Shown: positions 37,357 to 49,054 of the stretch, in pieces | How positions within the stretch are numbered: the first letter of the stretch is position 1 | How the letters are laid out: the number at the start of each line of letters is the position of its first letter | Source of the DNA: Oikopleura dioica | Lineage: Eukaryota > Animalia > Chordata | Assembly: GCA_907165135.1 (NCBI GenBank) | Contig: OU015568.1 | Location: 12,462,001 to 12,526,000, forward strand | DNA: 64,000 nucleotides | Reading direction: 5' to 3' | Notes under the pieces: model-generated | Told to the model about the DNA's origin: nothing | What the model saw: only the letters and a program-made list of their open reading frames with translations | The model's database searches: none | Program-made: the position numbers and the translations under genes

Positions 37357-37772
37357 TTCCCAATTTCTCTTTTTTCCTGAATTATCTTCGCTGTTGAATT
37401 TGTTTATTCAAAAAATGATCATCAACTCGATGATCAAGTTCGAATCAAGGGTGGTAATCAACACGTAGCTCGACTCTTTTGAAGAAATAATAAAAAACTC
37501 CACTTTTTGGGTTTGCGTTCTCTCTTACTCATCAGAACCGGCATTTTACGATCATTAGCCAAATCAAAACGTAGAAAGAGTCGGACGCCCGGAGATATTT
37601 TCCCAGTCGTGCTTATTCAGCATATTTAATTAATAAATTATAATTAAACAAACAAGGAAAAAGAAATTTCATCGAATAAATTTCAGTTATCGCTGGTACT
37701 CTTCCTTGATTTCAGTCATTTTTCACAGTTTCGATCGGTCCCTCGCCTGGTGAAAATTTTTGCTGATGCTTA

Positions 37773-38185
37773 CAGTCAAAACGCACAATTCCGGAACGCA
37801 CAATTCCGGAGATTTCGGGTCGAGCCGAAAAAATTTTGAATCGCACAATTCAGGAGATTTTCGACAAAAAATTGAACTTCGGGCATTTTTTAAGAAAAAT
37901 ACTGGGAATCTCGGCTTGTGTTTTTGGTTTTTTCATGTTTTTCTGTAAAAGAAATGTCAGCTTTATGAAATCTTTGCTATTTTTTGGCATTTTCAAAGGA
38001 GGAAACCTCGAAAACTCGGTTTTTAGGATAAGATGTCAGTGCTGTCCATCCAAAAAGGGCATTTTGAGCTTCACCCCATAAATCAGATTTTTTGAGAGGA
38101 GAAAAATTTTTTATCGAAAATCCGCACAATTCCGGAGATTTTGCCACTTTCGCTGAAAAAGTTCCGGAATTGTGCGTTTTGACTG
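37773..38185. mobile_element. Tc1/mariner(pogo)-type MITE with TA TSD
   Basis: TA|CAGTCAAAACGCACAATTCCGGAAC ... GTTCCGGAATTGTGCGTTTTGACTG|TA; internal repeats of CGCACAATTC(C/A)GGA. Confidence 0.9.
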
Positions 38186-41100
38186 TATATGTCTAACAAG
38201 AATTTTGACATGTAAAAATTTCACCGGTTGACCGATTGCGTAATGAAACACGCCCGTCATTCACAATCCCTTCCGCGTGCGTCCAACTGTCCCGCCCTCC
38301 AATTCCGCCGCTGTTGCCATGTCCGCGTAAAAGTTGACTCCTTGCTTGACATGTTCGATGGCCTTTTCGCCAATTTTCGGATCCATGGCATTTTTCCTCT
38401 ATAAAGTCGGAATTTTCGAGGAGCCGGCTCAAAGTGCCCATTATCCCGCTCGGTGAAGGTGTCAAAAAACCGTTCACTGGAGCACTTTTCGGTTTTGCAT
38501 TTATAAACAAACAGGCGGGTTTCGCAGTAACTGGTGGTTATTTTCGCACGCGGCCTTTGAACCGGGAAAAAACTCCACCGCCAAATGTGCATTTATTAAC
38601 GCAAACAAGTGTATGGTTCACCAAAAACGCCGCCTTTGTAGTTTGAAGTGAGCGTTCTATTTATTCTGAGACGGGAAATGTGACGGCTTCTTTCGTATAA
38701 TTATCTTTTTTAAATTTCTCTGAAGCGAGAAGTTCCGTTTTCTTATTAGAATCGGTCGTTTCTTGAAGCTTCAATATTTTATCTGGACGAAGTAAAGCTG
38801 TCACGGAAAGTGGAGCAGCAGTTTACTAAAAGTGCCCCTCTTTATGATTTATTGTCATTGAAATAACGCCAAGTGACACATTGGGCACACGGGCCTCCCC
38901 CTTTCCAGGTGCCGAGGATCGATCAAATTCACGTAATTAGGGTCGTTACCGAATTAGGTCCAGTCCTGCCACTGCTGACCGCTCGGTTTAGAATTTCTCG
39001 ACTCCCACTTTTCGCCTCCAATTTTAAATTATTTTCCAGAGCCGGAAAATCGAAATAAATACACCTGCCAGGCTTGGCCAGACAGACCGGAAGCTCAAAC
39101 ATGTGTCCGAATGAGGATTAAACGCGGATTTGCCATACTCTATTGGCTCCTCGGCCAAGCATGGGGGATTTGGAAGAAGCGGTTTCTCCGCTATTTTCAT
39201 TCGTACCAATATTTTTAAATATTTCCAAGGCTCGCTTTCCATGTTCTTAAAAATACAAGCTCAAGGCCTTTTGGCTCATTTATCAACGAAGCTCTTATTT
39301 CCTTAGGAAAGCCTGATATCCACTTAATCCTTTGTGCATTGTTTGGTGTCATGATCCTCTCTTCGGGTGTAAGTTAATATTTTAATTGAATGCCTCCTTT
39401 TATCAATTCATTTGGATCTTCTCGCTGGATCTTCGCCAGTAAGTTGACTTTCTGTCGAGTGCTTCTGACTTTCGCCGCTTTGTAGAGGAAGTTTTATATT
39501 GAAAAATATTCTGTTTGCAGATGTTTGATCAAAAGGCTAGAAAAAACTACTTGATTGATCAAAAGAAAAAGCTCTTACTGTAGCTCTGATAGAGAGGCGT
39601 CTCAGATAAATCTGAAAGGATCAAAACCCTTGGCAGGAAGTCACGTGCCGGCCTTATACGACAAAGATCTGAAGGAAAAAGGTACCCCAGCGGAAGCCGT
39701 AACCGTGCGCGCAATCATTTCCGATTTCCTACAGCGAGCGCAATAAACACAATTAAAAAGGTTTTCTCCAAGGTGCCCTTTATGGCATTTTTAGCTTGAC
39801 TCATAAAAATATTTCAAAGGGCCCTTCATCACTTGTGCGAAAGGACGAGCGGGATCACGTGTGAAGGACAGCCAGTTTCGAGGAATTATCAAAATGATGC
39901 TTTCAATAAATCAAAAGTTTCTTGTTACTAACCATTTCTCCCTCGATTGGAAAAGAATTTGAGGTCAGTAAAGTCCCGGATAATTCCACATCCGGGTTAT
40001 TCCTCCGTTTTAATCCGCTGTTTTCGGAATCTCTTGGCTCGTGAATATTACGCAAAAGCCATATTTTTGGAAGAAGCTCTATTTCATAAACAGAAAAAAA
40101 AGTAAGGTGATGGGTTGGCATTTTGGGTCAGTGGCCTAATTAGTTTAGGGGATGCAGGAATTTCAGTGAGGGATGATCCAATTTGCTTCGATTAAAAAAA
40201 CGGGGTCCAAATTTCAGTTGCAAGATGCGATTATTTTCAATTGATTCGATGGAATTTCTCATTTTTGGAACTTTGTGATGTGTATTTTTGACATTTTTGA
40301 AAGGGCCTCCAAATTGCAAATTCCCTTTGAGCTTATTTTTATCAGAGCTCTTCAGATCTCCCCATAAAGGGCCTGATAACCTTCTCATCATCCTTTCAAA
40401 AGCCCCATAAGAAGAAAAAGAAGACGAAGAAAACGTTGGGCGAGATCAAAGTCAAAAAAAAAACTCAAGTGGCGGCGCCCAAAAAACCAAGACCTCTCAC
40501 CAAGAAGACTTCTACTTGTCTAGTTGAGCACATTATTTTTATTTATTGTCAATTGGAGGAGGAGCGTGAAGTGTTGGGGCTCTTGAGACATGGCAGTCGA
40601 GGCGCGTGCGATAAGCTTATCTAGGCGACGGGAGGAACATGGCGGAAATGGGAAGAAGGAGATTTTTTAATTGTTTTGAGATGCGTTTTCCCAGCTGCTG
40701 TTCTTGGGAGGTTTTCTTCGTTGTCTTCAATCTTGAAGTAGGCATATTACCGAAAATATGGGGCTTTATGGGGACTCTCAGCCAATGAGAGACCATTATA
40801 ACTTATCTTAGCCAATCAGAGACAAGTAAAAATTTCTTCAAACCCTATATTTGGTGGTCCAGTTTTTCCAAAATTCCATAAATTATTTCAAACAATGCAC
40901 CACTTGAAAAAGTTATATCGAACTATAAGAGCTGCTATTTGCCCCTGTCAGCGCTTATTCATCGCGATGCGACATTTGACATTCGACAAGAATTCTTAAA
41001 ATTTCCGAACTGTGCTCCACGTGACAATTCCCTTCACTGAAAACAGAAACGAACGTGGGGAGCACTTCACTTCCAACTATTCCTATTATTCATTTTTGGT

Positions 41101-42159
41101 AAGACATTTGAGCCGTGGAATTTGGTGATGGTCCATCACTGATGGATGATCTTGCAATCGCTCTTGCATTTAGACATCTCGCCAACCGCTACTTCCTTTT
41201 GTTTGAGTACTTGGAAGAAGCATTTGAAAAACTTGGAAGAGGAGAGAAAACTAGAACTTTTGAAGTGCACACAACTGTTTGATTTTGGAAGTGATAAATG
41301 GTGTGCAAGCCACAGCGGGGTATCCTTATCAATCTTGGCAAATCTTGAATTTGGCTATTATTATGCATAAAAAGATGGCGGTAGAATCTCTTAGACTCGC
41401 ATATAAAACTTCGATCGACTGTTTTTTCATTCAATTCCGAAAATGAAACGAAAAACGCATTTTTCTTTAGGAACTTGTCGATAGCAATTCTGATATTTGG
41501 AAATATTTTATAAAATGGAAGCCAAAAAATTATCAATTTTTTCGTAAGACAATGTAGATACCCTGTCTTTATACGAAACGTGAAATAAATTAAAATTTAT
41601 AACGTCTTTTGAAGCAATAAAACTCAGCAGAGCAAAACCCTTACAACAAGAACAAAGTAAAGCTAAAATGTCCTATCTTTCATTTCAAAAATTGTCATTG
41701 TGCATTGAACCATGTTCTGGTACAATTTCAGAGCAGGCAGGTATTTTATTTTATACGAAAAATGACACTATAAGTCGACGAGCACCGCCTTTGACGGTTT
41801 CGAAAAGCTAAACAAACTACTCGCGGCGCAACAAACGTCAAGAAAAGCGACAAACTTTCCATCAAATGAGCGAATTTCAAATATTATTTCAGGCATAACG
41901 CCCAGTTTATTCTACTGAAGGAGAGAGGCTTGTTTATTGTTGACCGCGCGGGACTACCGTTTCCCAGTTTTTAAAATTTATAAATCCATTGTCAGATCAA
42001 CCAGGAACAGAATTCTAGAGTCCGCCTTCTAGTTGAGAAACTTGGGAATAATCTGCTTTCGCTAAAGAATGTTATTCTGTAACAGCCTTAATTTCCCCGA
42101 ACACGGGTTTGACTAAACACCATCTTCCGGTGTTCCGGAAGCGGAGCATGAAATCAAAT

Positions 42160-42560
42160 TCAAACTGAATCGACTAAATAACGTAGAACAAATAATTGAA
42201 GAAGTCTTCGGAGGACTAAATACTTCCCGGATTTCAATTGTCTCCGGAACCCTTTTGCGCAATGATCCGTTCTGCGCGTATTTTTGTTGAGAGATGGGAT
42301 AATCCGTTCCTTGAGGATATTAATCGACTCCCTCAAATCCTTCAAAGTGGCTATTCTCCTCGATTTCCAAAAGAGCGTATCATAAATTCACCGAGGTCAG
42401 TTCTATCAACTATTAAGGTTAGCCATTGTAGCCAACCTTCATCCTTTTCCTCCAACAGCTGCGCCATGAAATGATACCCGATTGATCCGCGGCGGCGTTT
42501 GGAGAGGCTGAGTTGCGAGTTAGCTCATCCCCGGCAACGATCAAAGCCGGCCTTGTCGGT
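42160..42560 (-). pseudogene. Possible decayed Tc1/mariner transposase C-terminal fragment
   Basis: Interrupted frames give IATLKDLRESI...CAKGFRRQLK, loosely resembling the T.eeLk..I...SFRRRL tail of Tc1-like transposases. Weak. Confidence 0.25.
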
Positions 42561-45500
42561 CAGAGGCTCAAGGTCTTGTAACATTATTCCGGCTGATTAG
42601 AAATTATTTCTTCAAGAAAATTCGGATCATCCCCTAGTTCATAGGCCAGCTGCGGGGCCTTTATAAGAATTAAAAGAGTTTAGTGTACTCTAAAAAATTA
42701 TTTATAATGAAAATAAGGGTATCACTATAATAATATTTCTTCATAATATTTCGCTCAAAAGCCAGTTATCTTTTTCGTTTTTTTGAGTTTTTAGGTGTCA
42801 AATATTTTTGCTGAAATTCAACAGGTGTTTATTTCGCGAATTTTCAACCCTTTCCTCCTCGGCGTAAATATCACTGTATAAATGTAACACCACTGTTGAT
42901 TATCCTTGATCTCCGCTGTTCCCTTTCACGTGACTTATCCTTCAATCATATTTTCCAAGACTCTACTAATCACAGCTAAAGGCTTCCGTGGCTTATGGGC
43001 TCTTTATGAGCCAGGCTTTGAAGCCAATCTCTAAATACGGGGCGGCCATACCCTTAAGAAAATATCGGCCACTGGTCGTAATGTCTAGTGTACGATTTCG
43101 CGGACAATGAGTGCGCGAAAATAATAGGCCCGCGGAACAATTTTTAATGCATAGTTATACAAAAGAGTTTGGACGGCATTTCTGGGGCGGAACAGAAATT
43201 TAAGGCGTTAGCCAGGTGAACAAATTTTGAAAGGATTTGAATTTGACCTTGATTTAAAATCGCTGTAAAATGAAATGGGAAAAATCAAGATGGAGGAAAC
43301 TTTTGAGTTTTTCAAAAAAAAATGAATCAAGTCCGTAAATTCGCGATTAAGAAATTTTTGGCAAATGATAAAAATTTCCTTATGTGTTTGATAAGATTTG
43401 GAGCTCGTGATCTGGGCTTATCTCACCGCCCAGTTGATGCACCTGCTTTTCTCCACCGCAGGAAGACTCCTACGCCGCCAAAAAGGGGTGCAATTTGGTA
43501 CCACGGAGCAAAATTAGCCCCGGATTAGTGGCTATTTCAAATTTCAAAGGCGAAAACTCCAAGCTCCCTCGGAAGTTGGGAATTCAAAAGCCCTAGATAA
43601 TAATATTGGCCGTTCTTTTTAGCAAGCGGAATTAGACATTTTCGAGGACCGAGATAAGCTCTTCAAAATTTTCGCCAAAATTCGCCTTCTTTTTTTTCGG
43701 GCGCCTATCAAAAATGGATGATCTGTTTTTGATCCCTTATTACATCAAGAAGTTCTTGCGGCGTCTGGCTCACCACTTCTGAATACAGTTCTTTGGAATC
43801 AAAAATGACCGAAATAAACTTCCTTCGCTAGCAATATTTATCAGCGGTTTATGTTAACCACTGTATACCCCTATTTTGATCCACCAGTTTTGGTGTCAAT
43901 AAAAAGCTCTCTCGCCCTATCTAACCTTGATAAGTATTTATAAAATTCACACAAATTGATATTGATCAAGTCCTATCGTCTGCAAAATCATTCACAGTGG
44001 GCGATTTTGGATGAGTTTCGCGATTCGCGTTTTTAAAAATTGGGTCTCGCAGCTGCCCCCTAGTTTATGCGCATTTCGGGCTCCCTGCTGCGCGACGAAT
44101 TTGTAAATGCGCCTCTTCGATAAGAAATTGGTTGATTTGTTATCAATGAAAAATTAAAGGGATAAATAATTTTTGCTCAAGAATATTCGGACTAAAGACT
44201 TCTAGACTCAATACTTGAGTGCTTGAGTAAGCTCAAAGCTGACCGTCAAAATCACAGCAATTATGGCTGCGCTTTGAAGTGAGTGCTTTGAACAATTTAT
44301 GAAATTATGTCGGACAAGGGGCAGATAACAGTCAAACTCCCTGAGCGAAAGAGAAACTCACGGACGGGACAAATTGCGAGCAATTATTTTGAAACGCCGC
44401 CAAACTCGGATTTTCGGATTTTCTGAAAATTTCTAAAATAAAATCCACTCGCCCTTGATTCGACTTTCAATACGCATTTTTCTTTTGCAAGTATTGTTTC
44501 AAAAATGGGGATGAAAAAGTTCCCCGCTTGCCGAATTAACCCGTCAGCGTAAAATTGATAATTGCTCTGAGCACAAAGGCAAGAAACTATCGATCACGTG
44601 GTCCTTCTTTTTTAATTTTTACGGTGCGCGGGCCTCTTTGGGCCATAAAAGGGTTGAGGAAAATTTTCACAGTCCTCAAAGGGCATCAAAGCAGGTCCCT
44701 CGAGCAGTTGTGGTTAATTTGTTTTATTAGCTTGACGTGCCGCGCATGATTTATTGAAAGTTTTCAGGAAAGGGCTGAAAATAGTACCCTTTCCGGGGTC
44801 ACCCATCAACCCCCGGACAGATAATCTGACTCGGCGCTTTGATCGTTTTTCGACTCAAAGTCGGCGCGAAATTTAAAAAACTTGAGAGCTCAGCCCGGAT
44901 AAACAAATTTACCACTAAGTGGAGTTAAAAGCCGGACAGGTTAATTACTTGAGTACATTTTTTGCGCGATGCCAAATCTGTTTGTTGTTAGTTTAACCTT
45001 CTTTCCGTGAAAATAAATTTTTAAATTACAGGCAGCAGACATTTCAATTCAGGTTAAAAATTGATCGTACAGACAATTTAGAAATGTCTCTCGTCTGAAA
45101 AAGAGATCAATGATTTTCTCATCAGACAATATTATTCTTTTCGGGATAAACAGGCGATTTCGAGAATAGAATAGAATGCTGCTTTCTTTTTGTAGCCACG
45201 TGATCAATGCCCATTCCATTTCCAGGATTTTAGGATTTCTCGATTGCTCGATTTCGATACCATTTCAAATAGAAACAAAATTCTCAATTGGCCCTCTTGA
45301 GCAAGCGGATGCTCCAGTAAGTGCCAATTGCGCTATTGGAAGTGATACGGATTTGTGTTATCGACGCTCTCTATGCCCAAAATCTACAAAGAAACAGGCG
45401 CAGTTTTTGGGCACAGAGAAAGTGATAACGCAGAGTTGCTCGTCTTTGATGCAGCCCGCTTATGCTTATCGATATTCTTTAATGGGAGAGGCTCTTCTTT

Positions 45501-47286
45501 TTCTCATCGTAAAATGCGTAAATATGGCTCTTTTAGGACCGCTCGATCTTTTGGAAAGCTGCGCGTATTTGATCGTATGCTTTTCTAGTAAAAAACTGTA
45601 GTTTAAATTTCAGAATGTTTTTTTAGGGTTCAAAAATTGATCTGTTTGGTATTAATGAGCTCTTGAATTTTTTGGTGAGAAAGATGTTTAGTCTCTCGGC
45701 GGTCAAATTTTATGTAAAAATTTCAAACTTGGCCGCTGGATGAGACGCATCGCAAATTACAGCGGAAGTGCCATTTGGCGCCGAAAAAGCGCTGAGAAAT
45801 TTCGACCAGCGAATCCGGTAATCTGCAATTTGCTTGGCCAGTGGTAGTTAGTTTTGTCTATTACGTGATTATTTCCGACTTGAAAATTACTGCTCTTCTC
45901 TTTCTCGATTGTTCAATAAGAAGAGGCATTATATTCAAATTAAAATTATTAGTCGAATAATTCAGATATCTTGATCGCTTGCCAAGAAGTTTTTTAGAGT
46001 AACCACTACTGGTAGGCTCTCTGCGGGGGAAGTGAATCCACACTCAACGCACCTAATTTCGCGCAAAATTTACATTGTCAAATAGAATTTGAATATTTAG
46101 CTCGCTCAGCTGTATCCACTCTTCCAGGGCGACTATCCAGGGTTGAAGGGTAATCGACTTGAAAACCGGATGGAGGAGTATTTGCGCTTTTGCTTTGGAT
46201 AAATTAGGCGAAACGAGGAAACTTCGGTTTTTGGGTTTTGAATGCGGTTTTTTAATTATTTTATTTATCTGATAGATTCTCTGGGCTTAGTTAAACATCT
46301 CTGCCTGCCAAAAAACGCGAAATTTTCTTCATAGAATAGAGCCGAAACAAAACCCCTTCGCGTGAAAATTGTCAAATTACGCACTTATCCGCCTTTGATG
46401 TGCGCTGAAGATTGCATAATCTCCTCCTCTTCGGTTTCAAAAAACAGGTGCATCAAATGAAAAAAACGGAACACCAAGAACCGGAAATATCGATTTTATG
46501 CTTTGAGCATTTAGATTCGGCAGTTCAAGGCGATTATGGTAAAAAGGGGTGAAGAGGGGAAAGAGTTGCAGCTGGGCGATAGATGCTGGGAACAGGGGGA
46601 AAATAGTGATGGGGATCATTAGAGAAGGTGACAATTTCCCAGGAAACGATGCAATTTCGCGCGTTTTCGATAAAAAAAGTTTCGTCATTTCATTTATTTT
46701 GAGATTATTTCTCCATTTCTGTGAGCATGAGAACATTGATCTAAAAAGACTGTGCCAGATAAGTTACAGTACAAAAAGCCTTGACGCAGGGACTTAAAAT
46801 GCGCATGAACTCTTAAAAAAAGTTTTAATAAAATTATCAATTAATCTGCACGTCAGAATTCAAACAGAGTAAAAGTGCCACTTCGATGCAGTCATCTTTT
46901 GAATAATTCGGCAATATTTTCATTCGTCTTCGCTGTGGCCCAGGCGTCGTTTCCCCCCGGGCGCGCGAACAAGGCAAAAAAGAGGCGAGTTTGTTTTAGC
47001 AATGATTTTTTCAAGCATTGCTTTCTTAGCATTATTCATTAAAATTCTAAAAGGCAAAACAAACTCGAAAGAATCAGAAGAGGCCAGGAGGAGTGCGGAT
47101 AAGCCGTATCACAGGCACTCTTGGCGAGGCTTGAGTGGAAGTTGTTTTATTTTATTACTCGCATTTAATTCTTTCTCTAAGAGTTGATAAGGGTGTCACC
47201 GCCTTAAATTAAGGGTTTCCGCCATTGTCGCATTTTTCGCTTGGGAAAAGCCTGAAAAGTCTTATGCTCCAATTTCCCCTCATTAA

Positions 47287-48038
47287 GGATATAGCCTATG
47301 AAATTGAACTTTCATAGCGCCCAAATGCGACGTCGGATCATTTTATTTCAAAAAGAATCCTATCTAAAAATGCATGCAGAACTCGATTCTGGTACTTTTT
47401 TAAAAATTTTCATAAGAATTTTTCTCTGTAGAGCGTTTTGAAATCTTACGATCGCGATTTCTCGAAATATTTACATTAAATCGGTCGAGTTTTTTTGATA
47501 GATAAGTAATCTAGACCCTTATCTACAATATTGTGGGTTCGGTTTTCTCTTATCCCGACAAAAACCGATTTTAGAGCCATTTCCATGAGGCTTCCTCGGC
47601 GCGTGAATAGTGTAAAAAGCGCTGCGCTGGGTGCTCAATCTCTCGACTCCTCTTTCCCGAGAGAGTCTGCGCGTTTGAAAGAGCGCTCTGATTGGTTGGA
47701 CACAAAAAAGCGCGCATGGAAGAAAACCAGGAGCAAGAAAGAGGATAACACTAGAATAAAAATTTGGCCGAGTTTGAAAGTTTTTAAGCCACAATATTCT
47801 AGTTTAGCATTTTGCTAATGCAGTCATTGGTTTAGTTTTAGCGATTTAATGTAAATATTTCGAGAAATCGCGATCGTAAGATTTCAAAACGCTATACAGA
47901 GAAAAATTCTAACGAAAATTTTTAAAAAAGTACCAGAATCGAGTTCTGCATGCATTTTTGGATAGGATTCTTTTTGAAATAAAATGATCCGACGTCGCAT
48001 TTAGGCGCTATGAAAGTTCAATTTCATAGGCTATATCC
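47287..48038. mobile_element. Non-autonomous element with ~197-bp TIRs and TTAA TSD (Kolobok-like)
   Basis: TTAA|GGATATAGCCTATGAAATTG ... CAATTTCATAGGCTATATCC|TTAA; arms 47287-47483 and 47842-48038 are nearly identical. Confidence 0.9.
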
Positions 48039-49054
48039 TTAATTTATTGTTCCTCCCAAATTAAGCCGTTCCAGTCTTCAGAAAAAGAACCTAACGAGCA
48101 TCACAAAGCCCCTTAATCCCATCTCATGTGTCCCCTTATTTCATCGCGGCTCAAGTTTTTCATTTAGCCCCCATTGTGCCCCACTTCGAGGCTAAGCTCA
48201 AGTCGGCTTCCGACAGTTTGGGGTTAAAAATTTAACACGGAACGGAACCACCACCCGGAAATGGCGGATTATCCACATAATAAACACTTCGAAGAGAAAA
48301 AGGCAAAAGTGTCGAGCAAAAAAAGGTGAAAGAAAGTTGGCAAAAACGAACAAGAATTAAATTTAATAATATGGAAATGCGAAGTGCCAAAAAGGATCGT
48401 GTTTTTCCTGTTTTCAAATAGCGACGCCAGTATTGCATTTTTTTCTGAAAAAAGGTTTGCTTAAATTTGGAATATTTTTCATCGACAATAATAAAAAAAA
48501 TCTTCGACAGAAATCATTTTTATTAGGAATCGGGGATCATTTTTGTCCATGTGAAAATTGACTGTAACTTCAAGTGACAGGCCAATAAGTCCAAATTCTC
48601 ATTACAGATATCGTCAATTATGCATGTTTTTCAAGGAACCTTCATCCTAAACCCCAAAAGATCCAGCTGCGTTCTTCGAAATTTCAATCCACTTGAGCAG
48701 GAGCAAGCTGTAGCGTCCAGTTCCGTCGAGCAGCTCGACTCTACCCATATTAGCCCTTGCGCGCCATCATTTTGCGAAAGCTCCTTCTTCCGAAAAATTC
48801 GCGTGCGCGCTCTTTTGCGACCTCTAGTCCGCTTTGCGCTATTGCGCGCTGCCGTCGATCCTTGAGTCTTTATTTTTTGCTCAATACAATAAAGAAATAT
48901 TGAAAAAAAGTAGCGGAAATTGAAAGATAACCGCAAATTCGTACTTTTCAAAAACTAACAAAAACAAAACCGAGACAAGAAGAAAAAAAAGAGATTATTT
49001 GAATGAAGCACTAAGAAAACAACAACCAACCAGAACACACAACAACTAGAAATC

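Noticed and set aside
38193-38646. Overlapping 70-111 aa ORFs on both strands
   Set aside because: No recognisable motifs or splice structure; expected by chance in moderately GC-rich non-coding DNA.
40400-40624. Lys-rich ORF (KKKKKTKK..APKKPR) resembling a histone H1 tail
   Set aside because: No globular H1 domain and no clear start or splice context; explained by an A-rich tract.
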